Shown here in pieces: positions 7,302-19,300 of a DNA stretch of 26,156 nucleotides. The stretch's first letter is position 1; each line of letters opens with the position of its first letter. The DNA is from a bacterium (GTDB taxonomy: Bacteria; Bacteroidota; Ignavibacteria; UBA10030), in the NCBI GenBank assembly GCA_043803945.1, contig JAZDJN010000067.1, forward strand, positions 1 to 26,156. Reading direction: 5' to 3'. A program made the position numbers and the translations under genes. The notes under the pieces are model-generated. The model saw nothing but the letters and a program-made list of their open reading frames with translations, was not told the DNA's origin and did no database searches.

Positions 7302-10300
7302 ATGGTTAGGAGACGATCCATATCGCCAACGCAGGACCGAAGATCTGCCGCTACGCATCGCGAAGCGGTGTGGTTGATCGGATTGGTGTTGTCTCTCATT
7401 GAGAACTTGTTAGAACGATTCAGTCGGTCCACGACGCTATCGCGAAGATCACTCCTTCCGTTTGTGCTCCTCCTTTTCGTTTTAGGGATGACTGCAGAAG
7501 CGCTTGGACAAGCAGTATTCCAGGCGAATGCTGGCGGTGGTCTCTGGAATAATTCGGGGACATGGACACTTGCCTCTGGAACAGATGCCGACGGGATACC
7601 CGATGCCGATGATCAGGTAACAATTGCCGGAGGAAATCTTGCAGTCACGCTGAATGGAAATGAGGCGTGTTCATCGTTGCTGGTGCAAAACACTGGGGCG
7701 AATAGCACTTCCACCAGACTCGAGATCGGTTCTTATACGCTTGCAGTCGCGGGCAATGTTACAATTACGGGGGGTGGTGGCAATGGATCCAAGATAGCAC
7801 AGATCAATGTCGGCAATGGTATCTTAATCGTTAGCGGTAATCTCACGATCAGCGCAGTAAAAGGCAGTGAATTAAATCTTAATCTTGGCACCAGCACTCT
7901 GAATATAAGCGGCAGCATGACCGGAGGAACCAATGCCGTGTTAAATGCCGGAACTGCCAGCACAGTCAACCTGAATGGAACGAGTGCACAGACTCTCAAT
8001 CTCGTCGATTTTATTTTTGCCAACGTCACTCTCAATAATTCTGCCGGAGTAACAGCAAATGCAGCCATCACCGCAACAAATATCACCGGCGACCTTCGTG
8101 TAGAAACCGGCACCTTCGCAAGCGGTGGATTTGCCATCGCCGGAAATGGAGCAAAAACTTTCGAAGTAGCCGGCAACGCTTCGTTCATCACCACGACAGT
8201 CAACCCATCGGCTTTTCCAACAGGATTCTCAATCTCGTTGAATGCCAACAGCACCGTCGACTATGCCGGACTCACGGGAACGACGCAGACCGTATCAGAC
8301 CAGACCTATGGAAATCTCAAGCTCTCCGGTGGAGGCACCAAGTCGGCCGGAAGTGCTATTAGTGTTGCAGGGACACTCACGCAGACAGAAGCAACAACTA
8401 CAGCAACTCTCTCAGGGACAACAGGACACGATCTTACAGTCGGAAAATTCGACCTTCAGGCAGGTTCGTTTAATGATAATGGCCGCACCATTACAGTTAC
8501 AGGAACAGGTTCTGCAGTCTGGACGAAAGCAGGCACCTTTAACCCAACCGGCACCACAATCTTTACCGGTGCGGCGCCACAAATAGGCGCTTCGAATTTT
8601 GCAGCCCTTCAAATCAACGTTGGGTCAGGGAATAGTGCTCTAGCCAATGGTATCCTAACGGTTACTAACTTTGCACTCTTGTCCGGTACTTTTAATCCGG
8701 GCCTCTTCGCTCATACGATCTCAACGAATTTTTCTTTAGGCAGCGGCAGTACCCTTCTGGTACGCACTGCATTATTTACCGGCAATTACAGCAAAAATCC
8801 GACAAGTGTAGCTAATGGCAGTACCGTGGATTATCAGGGGACTAATAGCTCGCTGGCCAACTTTACTCATTCGAATCTCATTGTGAGCGGCAGTATCACC
8901 GGCAGTTCAAATGCAACAGTCGATGGTGCCTTTACCGTGACCGGTTCGTTCACCCCAAGTGTTGGTGCGGTGCGTTTAGGCAACTCTACCATTGTCAATT
9001 CAGGAACCCTGCAGTTCAGAGGTCTTGAACTTACGGCAGGTGCCTTTGTTCAGAGTTCGAGCAATTTCTTGATCGATAGTGCAATGACACTCCTGAGTGG
9101 CGCTTCATTTAGTCCCACAGGAACAATCACTCTGAACAACGGTGTCACGCTGGCAAACGCTGGAACGATGATCTTCCATAATCTCACGCTCAACAGCGGT
9201 GCACTTATTGCGAACACCGATTACTCCGTGAATGGAACCCTGAGCGGTGCCGGAACATTCAACGCCACTGCTGGAACAGTGACCTTCGGTAATTTATCCT
9301 CGTTAACAATTAGCGGCCTTTCTTTCCAGAATCTGACATTCAGCGGCGCGGTTACCGCAAATGTCGATATGACAGTGAAAGGTACGTTGACCATCGGTGG
9401 CGCCGGAGTCTTCAATCCTTCCTCGGGAACCGTCACCATTCCCGCAGGCGGCAGCATCGTCAACAGTGGAAGTCTCTCATTCAATAATCTGAATACCAGC
9501 GGCACCGGTTCGGTGACGATGAATACAAGCTTCACGCTGAAAAACTCTTTCACGAATATGTCTACAATTACCATTAATCAGACGTCAGGAGTTCTGACCA
9601 CTATCAGCGGTGCTTCGATCAACAATTCGGGATCTCTCACGCTGAGCAATGTTACTATTGGCGGGACCACAACTGCCAATGGAACAGTGACTGTAAACGG
9701 TGCTGTAACGCTGAATGGAAATCTGACAGTGTCTGGCGGTGCACTGATTATGGGAAGCAGTGCGACGACAAATGGAACATTTGATATCATCGGAGGAGTG
9801 CGGCGCGGAGGATTTATTATCGGCACTACATATTCCTTTGGCAACCCATTCACGACGCTCACATTCGATACAGGCGGAACACTCCCCGACTCCATCACCT
9901 ATACGATCCAGATTGGAAGCGCTCCGGTTGAAAAGACCGATGCGGTCCAGAGGTCTTATTCGATCGCCATTCTCAACGGTTCCGGATATTCTGCCTCGTT
10001 CCATCTGCACTATCGTCATGGAGAGCTCAATGGGAACTCAGAGAGTGCGATGTATCTGTACAGAAAGAACGGATCGGTATATCAACCAGCCGGTCGAAGC
10101 GCATTCAATACAACCGATGATTGGATAGGACTGAATAATGTCTCAACGATTGCGGGCGATTGGGCTATTGCAAATAAACCGGCTCACATCTTTACCGCTA
10201 GTAACGATGGTGCGTGGAACAATCCGGCGACGTGGGGTCTCTCCGGAACGCCTTCCGAAGGTGAAACGTACCCCGGGCCGGTCGACAGTGCATATATCGG

Positions 10301-13300
10301 CAATGATTTTGAGGTAGCGCTTACGGGAAATCACTCTGCGTACTTCGTATCAGTCAATGCGCCAGGCAATTCTGGAACAACATTACTCGATATCGGAACA
10401 TTTTCCCTGAGTATCGGAGGTACAGGCCTGAATATTGAGGGAAATGATGCCGATGATCGCATTGCACGCGTACGCGTTGCAGGCGGAACACTGTCGGTAT
10501 CGGATAACATTCGTTTTATTGCAAGCACCGATGCCAGGGTCGTACTGGACATCAGCTCCGGTGCGAGTACACTTAATATCGGGCGTGCGATGGTAAAGAA
10601 CACTGCCGGAACGTTCTCTCCCGGCATCTCAAGCACTGTCGTGTTCAATGGTTCATCCGCCCAATCGATTAATCTCTCGGGCTTCACGTATGCCAATGTG
10701 ACGGTGAATAATAACGCCGGAATCTCACTGCTTGGAAATGTGACGTCGGCTAACATAGCCGGAAATCTTCGTGTAGTGGGTGGCACACTCAATAACAATG
10801 GATACTCTATAAATGGAGATCCTCTCAAGACATTTGAAGTAGCAAACGGCGCAACGTTTATTCTCGGTTCTACCTCGGCATTTCCAACCGGGTTTGGGAC
10901 GGTCTCACTCGGAGCGACAAGTACCGTCAACTATAACGGTACCAATCAGACAATTAGTGAAGAGTTATATGGAAATCTGACACTCGGTGGGAGCGGCAGC
11001 AAGACGATCCAATCGCCGCTTGCCATCCAGAGAACACTCCATCAGACAGGAACTACAACCTCGTCGCTTTCCTCGACTTCAGGGTACGATATCATTGTCG
11101 GGAAGGTTTTGATTGACGGAGGAACCTTTATTGACAACGGTCGCACGATCGAGGTTACCGGAACCGGATCCGGAACATGGACAAAAACGGGTGGGACATA
11201 TACAGCAAACGGCACCACGGTATTTTCCGGCAGTGCACCGGAGATCGGGGCATCGAATTTTAGCACGCTCCAAATCTATGTCGGATCCGGAAATGTTGCA
11301 ACTGCTGTTGGTGCATTGACTCCGAATACTCTCACCCTGACGAGCGGAACATTTGATCCCGGATTGTACACCCACACAGTAAGCTCAAACCTCTCTATCG
11401 AGGGGGGATCAAAATTGTTAGTTCGCTCAGCATTGTACAGTGGAAATTACTCCCTCATTCCCACTATGATTCAATCGGGCAGTACGATAGAATATACAGC
11501 TACAGGTGCAACGGTTGCCGCTGTCTCACCGGAACAGTATGAGAATCTCACAATCAGCGGCACAGTCACGGGTGCTTCTACTGCCACTGTCAACAGTACG
11601 TTCCTGGTCTCCGGAACGTTTACACCATCGGGTGGGACGATTACTTTCGGAAACGGGTCATCGCTTAGCGGTACAGGTACTACGCAATTTTCAAGTCTCT
11701 CCATTGCAAATAGCGCAACGGTCACGGCATCAAATGTCTTTAGCGTTGGTGGAACATTGTCCGTCGGCTCGGGAGCAAGCTTCTCTCCCTCGAACACGGT
11801 GACTCTGAACAGCGCCACGATCGTAAACTCAGGAACGCTCACATTCCAAAATGTTTCGCTTATCGGTACGGTCACTGCGAACACCAGCTTTACGCTTAGT
11901 GGATCGATGTCGGGTGCCGGTACTCTGAATGCAACCAGCGGGACAATCACCTTCGGTAACGGATCATCACTCGCAACAAGCGGGAGTGTCTCCTTCAATA
12001 ATCTGACCATCAATGGTACCGTTGTAGCGAACACTTCGTTTGGTGTGAAAGGGACGTTAAGTGTTAATGCAGGTGGTGTTCTTAATCCTACGAGCGGCAC
12101 TGTTACCCTGTCGAATGGAAGCAGTATCAGTAACAGCGGTACTCTCTCATTCAAAAACCTTAGCAGCAGTGGTACAGTCAACATCAACTCAAACTTTACA
12201 CTCAAAGGAACCTTTACTAACACCGGTACGATTAATCAGACCTCGGGGATATTCTCGACGGCCGCCGGCGCAGTGATGAATAACAGTGGTACGTTATCGC
12301 TCAACAACCTTACAATCGGCGGTGCAACCACATTGAACGATAATGCAACTGTGAGTGGTACTCTGACCCTGGACGCGAATCTTACGGTGGTTGGAGATTC
12401 ACTAACAATGTCTTCCAGCGCAGTTACCGGTGGAACCGCTGATGTCATCGGCAGAATCCGTCGTACGCCCTTCACAACGGGTACGGCATATACGTTCGGT
12501 AATCAGTATACGACGATCACCTTCAATAGTGCAACCGTACTGCCGAGTTCAATTGTTGTGAAGGCCGCGATCGGTTCCTCCCCGATTGAAAAATCCGACG
12601 CTGTCCACCGGTACTACGAGATTACCGAAACGGGAGGAAGCGGATTTAATGCGACGCTCCGGCTGCATTATCTCGACTCCGAATTGAATTCAAACTCGGA
12701 GGGAATACTCTCACTCTGGAAAAAGAGCGGTACCACGTATGTCGAGGAAGGAAATATTTCTCGAGATCAGACCGCGAATTGGATTGAGCAATCTGCTGTC
12801 GATACGCTGACGACAACCTGGACGCTGGCAGTTGAGACGCCGACTGGATTCACAGCGGCCACAGACGGTTTCTGGGATGCGCCTGCAACCTGGGGTCTCA
12901 CCGGCACTCCGCAAGAGGGCGTGAACTACCCCGGTGTCAACGACAATGTCAACATCAGTAATAACTATACTGTCACGCTCCGTGCCAACCAGTCGGCAAA
13001 GAAAATTATCTTGGTCTCTGCCGGCGCAAATGGTACGTCAACATTGGCTGTCGGTTCGTATACACTTACTGTAGGCACAGGAGGAATCGAACTTCGCGGC
13101 GGCCGCCAGAACGGACGAAAAGTTCTGATCACGGTCGGCGGTGGTATTCTGAATATTGCGGGGAACATCTTTATCGATGCCAAATCAATCGCGCAGGCTC
13201 AAATTGATCTGACTGGGGGAGTCGGTAGCCGAATAAATATTACGGGAGATATTTCGCGGAATGACGACAACGACGGAGCGTTAACATTCAATTCTACCGG

Positions 13301-16300
13301 TATTATCAATTTCAATGGAACATCCGGCGGCCAGACTCTCGATGTTACCGGATCAATCTATGCAAATATTTATCTCAATAATACTTCGAGCGCAGGTGTC
13401 GTACTCGATGGCGCAATCACGACGGTAAATGTTATCGGCGATATTCGTTTACAATCTGGTACTTTTAATACCAATGGATTCGCAAATGCGGGGAATACCG
13501 GTAAAACGTTTGAACTCACAAATGGCACAACGCTCTACCTCTCCGGTGTGAGTACTTTCCCCACCGGTTTCACTCCATCGATCGGAAGTACCAGTACAAT
13601 CAATTATAGCGGTGGTGCCCAGACCATCTCCGATCAGGCCTATGGACATCTGACACTGAGTGGAACCGGTGCCAAAACTATCAACTCCTCCATCAGTGTT
13701 ACAGGCAACTTTACTTATTCCGCAACTGCCACAACCTCACTCTCTGCGACCGCCGGACAGAACCTGACCGCCAGCATGTTTACACTGTCGGCTGGTACGT
13801 TTATCGATAGTGGTCGAACAATCACCGTGACAGGTACTGGTGGACAAGTTTGGACAAAAACGGGCGGTACTTTCACAGCGACAGGTATTGTGAATATTAC
13901 CGGAGCGGCAGCGCAAATCGGATCCTCGAATTTTGCCACACTCAGTATCAACGTCGGCATTGGAAATACGGCTCTCGCGAATGGTGCGTTGAGCACCGCC
14001 ACCTTTACCCTCACGACGGGCGCGTTTGATCCGGGCACGCATACACACACCATCTCCGGATCATTTACGGTTGGTGATGGAACAACACTTCTGGTACGCA
14101 CAACAACGTTTCCCGGAAACTATAGTTCTAATCCCACCACTCAGCCCGGAAGTATTATCGAATATACCAATGCGGCCGCTTCGATCAGTAATGCGTTCAC
14201 CTATCGCAATCTGAAAATTTCCGGTAACGTTACCGGGGCAGCATCGGCAACAGTGATCGAACAATTTATCGTGTCAGGCTCGTTTACACCTGCCACGGGC
14301 AAGATGATCTTTAATAATGGTGCATCGATTGTCAATAGCGGTGCTGTAACATTCCGCAAACTACAAATATCGAATAGCGCGACAGTCACTACCGCAAGTT
14401 CCTTCAGCATCACCGATTCATTGATCGTGGGACAAAATGCCATCTTCCAGCCGTCCGGGACTGTCTCCTTTGTAACAAGCGGTTCCATCGATGTCAACCC
14501 TACATTGTTGAACGAGGGCATCCTGACATTTAATAATCTCTCAATTTCAGCGCCTGTGCATACCTCCTCATCGTTCACGATCGGAGGCACATTGGACATT
14601 CTCGTGAACGGCGAATTGAATCCAACCGGAGGCACGACAACGATGACAGGCGGTTCGTCGATCGTAAACTCCTGGATTCTTTCCTTCTATAAATTGCGCA
14701 TTACAGGTTCGGTCACGGCGAATACCAACTTCAGTGTCAAGGATTCACTCATCGTCAGTGCATCTGGTACATTGCAGCAGACAAGCGGTACGGTGACCCT
14801 GGAGAATGGTGCCAAAGTTGGCAACAGCGGATCGCTCACATTCTACACCTTATCCATTGCGGGCGCAGTGTCTGCCAATACCAGTTTTTCTATTGCATCT
14901 TCACTCTCAGTCACTTCCTCAGGAAATCTTACTTCGACGGCAGGAACTGTGACGATGAACAGCGGTACTTCCATTTCCAATCTTGGTACACTCAATCTGA
15001 ATAATCTGACGATTGCAGGCGGGACCATTACGGGGAATAATAACTTCTCCATGCAAGGCGTCTTGCAATTGGATGGAAATTTAGCAATGGGCTCGAATAC
15101 ATTCGAGTTTGGCAGCACAGCAACTAGTGGTGGAACTGGAGATGTGACTGGAAGAGTAAAACGTGCTCACGTATTTACTGCTTCCACAGCGTACGCATTC
15201 GGCAGTCAGTATACAACGGTAACATTCACATCGCTCACATCAGCACCTGGATCGATAACTATCAATATCATCAAAGGGTCTACACCGCCGGAAAAAGTGG
15301 ATGCCATTCAACGGTACTATGATATTACAAGTTCGGGTGGAACGTATGCCGCAACATTGCGTCTCCGCTATCTGACAGGCGAGCTCAACGGCAATGATGC
15401 ATCAACACTATCACTCTGGGCCAAAGTCGGTGTGAGTTCCTATGCCGATTCAGGGAAAACCACTAATGATCTGGTAAATAATTGGGTGGAAGATGCCGGC
15501 ATCACGTCGATTGTAGGCACCTGGACGCTCTCCCGGCAAAATCCAATCGGCTTCACCGCTGTTGCAACCGGAAATTGGAATGACCCGGCAACCTGGGGAC
15601 GGAGTGGTATACCGACAGAAGGAGTGAATTATCCCGGTCCGAGCGATAGCGCCAACATCATCAACAACGTGACGGTAACACTCACGGGTAATCATTCTGC
15701 CAAGAACCTCCGGGTGGAAGCTCCAACGCTCGATGGAACTTCTCGGTTGGATGTCGGCGCTTACACATTGAATGTCGGATCGAGCGGATTGAAGATAGCA
15801 GGCGGAACCTCCGATGCGAGGATTGCCACAGTGACGATAGCAAGTGGTAAGATTTCCGTCCTTGGAGATGTGACGTTACAGGGAAGCAGTGCAGTACGGT
15901 CCGTTCTCGACATGAGCCTGGGTGCAAACAGCATTCTGGAAGTTGGTGGATCGCTCTCGAAATCCGGATCGCCGACATTTACTCCGGGCAGTTCAGGCAT
16001 TGTGAACTTCAATGGAACCACAGCCGGACAGATCGTCAATGTTACGAGCTTCGTGTATACCAACCTTCGATTGAATAATACCAGCGGATCCGGCGTTACC
16101 TTAAGTGCTGCGATAACAGGAACGAACGTCACCGGTGACGTTCGAGTCCAAAGCGGCATTTTCACGAACAGCGGCTATGCAATTACAGGAAATAGCGGGA
16201 AGACGTTTGAAGTCGCGAACGGTGCGTCGTTCTATCTCACCGGAAGCAGTGCCTTCCCGACCGGATTTGGATCGATCTCTCTAGGTTCCACAAGCACGGT

Positions 16301-19300
16301 AAATTACAGCGGAGGGAGCCAGAGCATTTCCAACCAGTCGTATGGAAACCTTACCCTGAGCGGAACCGGAAATCACAACATCACTTCCTCGCTCTCTGCC
16401 GCAGGCACATTAACCTACTCCAGTTCCGGTGCAACATCGCTTTCCGGAACAGCGGGACACAACGTAACGGCAGCAAAGTTCAACCAGACATCCGGTACGT
16501 TCAATGTTAATAGCAGGACGATTACCATTACGGGAACCGGTGCAAGTACATGGTCAAAGACTGGCGGTACCTTTGCTGCTACCGGTGAGGTGATCTTTAC
16601 CGGTTCAGCTCCGGAAATTGGTGCATCGAATTTCGATCTCTTGCGTATCAACCTTGCTTCCGGCGGCGTTGCCACAGCAACGGGAATCTTGTCCGCGACG
16701 AATTTTTACCTCACATCAGGAACGTTTGATCCCGGTACGTCGCTTCACACCATTACAACAAACTTTACACTTGCCGCTGGAACAACAATGAAGGTGAAAA
16801 CCTCAACGTTTGGCGGTAACTACTCGAAAGCACCGACGACAATTACGACTGGTTCTACGATTGAGTATACAAATACGACTTCGACTCTTGCGACGCTCAC
16901 CTCGCCGACCTACTCAAATCTCAAAGTGAGCGGAACGGTTACAGGATCTTCAATCGCTTCGATTAACGACACCTTAATCGTGAGCGGCACCGTTATCAAT
17001 CCGGGTGGCACAATAACGCTGAACAACGGCGGACGAATCCGCGTCGACGGTGGAAGTCTCACCTTCACCAACCTTACGACTGCTGCAAGTGCAACGGCGG
17101 GATCGGCATCAAACTTTGCTGTGGCCGGTACTCTGACGGTTGGCGCTGCGAGCACCGCATCCTTCACCGGAACTGTGACGATGAATGGCGGTTCGATAAT
17201 CTCCAACACCTCGGGAGCCCTGACCTTTGGTACACTTTCAATTTCCGGAACGGTCACAGCGAATACGAACTACACGATTTCTACCGCCCTCTCCGTTGGA
17301 TTGAGTGGTGTGCTGAGTCCCACAAGCGGCACCGTGATCTTCAGCAATACATCTTCGATAACGAATCAGGGAGTCCTCGAGCTATATGACGCGACATTTA
17401 GCGGTATAACCTCGACCTCTTCGAATTTCTCCGTGAAGAATGCGTTCAGCGTTTCAGCAAGCAGCAGCTTTGCGGCTTCGGGCGGGACAGTCTCAATGCT
17501 CAGCAGTTCCTCCATTACGAATTCCGGTACACTGACATTCTCTGGTTTGCGCATTGACGCCGGCACGGTAACCTCTTCGAGCAGCTTCAGTATCTCAGGC
17601 TTATTGACCGTTGCATCCGGAGCGACCTTCAATCCTGCGGCTCCCTGTACGATTACAATGAACAATGGCGCCTCAATCACGCGCGATGGAACATCAACAT
17701 TCACCAACCTTGCGATAGCTGCCGGAACGGTAACGGGAAATACCAACCTCGCTGTCAGTGGAACACTGACACTCAACGGCACCCTTGCAATGGGATCGAA
17801 TATCCTCGATCTCACGGCGGCTACTGCGGCAATTGCCGGAACCGGAGATGTAACGGGTAATGTCCGCCGTCAGCACGCGTTTGCATCCTCAACTTCGTAT
17901 GCGTTTGGCAATCAGTTTACGACACTCAACTTCGCGAGCGGCACGTTGCCGACTTCGATCACGTTCACGATAGCGCTCGGAACAGCTCCGGCGGAAAAGA
18001 CCGATGCCATCCAAAGAAAATATTCCGTCAGCGTGACTGGTGGCTCAGGATACTCTGCAACTCTTCGCCTCCATTATCTGGACACCGAGCTGAATGGAAA
18101 TACGAGTTCAACACTGACACTCTGGAATAAGTCAGGAGCATCATATGCCGATCAGGGCAGGACCGGCTCGGTGGATGAAACGAATAAGTGGGTCGAGAAA
18201 GCATCACTGACCTCATTGATTGGCGATTGGACGCTGGCCAATCAACCCTCGGTGGGATTTACAGCAACGGTGACTGGTAATTGGAATACCCCTGCAACAT
18301 GGAGTCTTACCGGTTCTCCGCAGGAGGGTGTGAACTATCCGGGTCCGACGGACATCGTAAATGTTAATGGTGGTTTCACCGTTACCTTGACGGCAAACCA
18401 CTCGGCACAGCGGGTGAATATCACCGGTACGATCGCAGGAGCTGCAATAATCAATGTTGGTGCGAATACACTCAGCGTCGGCAGCGGAGGGATCACACTT
18501 ACCGGCGGAAGTACCGATGCAAGGTACGCCTGCATCAACGTCGATGGTGGAACTCTCAATGTGACAGGCAATATTGTTTATTCGACAGGAATAGCAGCGA
18601 GGGCGGTCGTAAATCTGGGAGGTGTTGGAGGATCTGCAGCGAGCACAATGAATCTCGGCGGTGTGATGTCCAAGAGTACTGCCGGCACATTCACACCAGG
18701 TAGTGCCAGCGTTGTGAACTATAACAGCTCGGCGCTCAATCAAACGGTCGATGTCATCAACTTTACGTACGCCAACCTGCATATCAATAATATGAATGCA
18801 TCGGGTGCCTCACTCAACGCTGCAGTCACGGCAGTAAATGTGACCGGCAACCTGCGTGTCCAATCGGGACAATTCTCGAACAGCGGTTTTGGGATTGCAG
18901 GGAATCCCACTATGACATTGGAGGTTGCAGCGGGTGCGACATTGAAGCTCACCGGAACATCAACGTTCCCGACTGGATTCGGAACGATCTCGTTGAATGC
19001 CGCCAGTACAGTAGAATATAATGGCGGGGCTCAGACTGTTACCAACCAATCGTACGGAAATCTCATCCTCTCCGGCAATGGAAGTAAGACAATTGCCTCA
19101 GCACTGAACGTCGGAGGGCGGTTCACATATAATAGTTCTGCGGCAACTTCATTAGCCGCGGGCGGATTAACTACTTCGAAATTTACACTGGCTTCCGGAA
19201 CCTTCTCAGCAAACAGCGCAAAGATTACAGTCACTGGAACCGGCGACAGCGTATGGATAAAATCGGGCGGGACATTTACAGCAACTGGTAAAGTGAGTTT

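Noticed and set aside
7437-7460. Tat-like SRRSLL in the giant protein's signal region
   Set aside because: It is an imperfect match, and folded export of a ~490-kDa rod through Tat is implausible. A Sec signal with an uncertain start codon is more likely.
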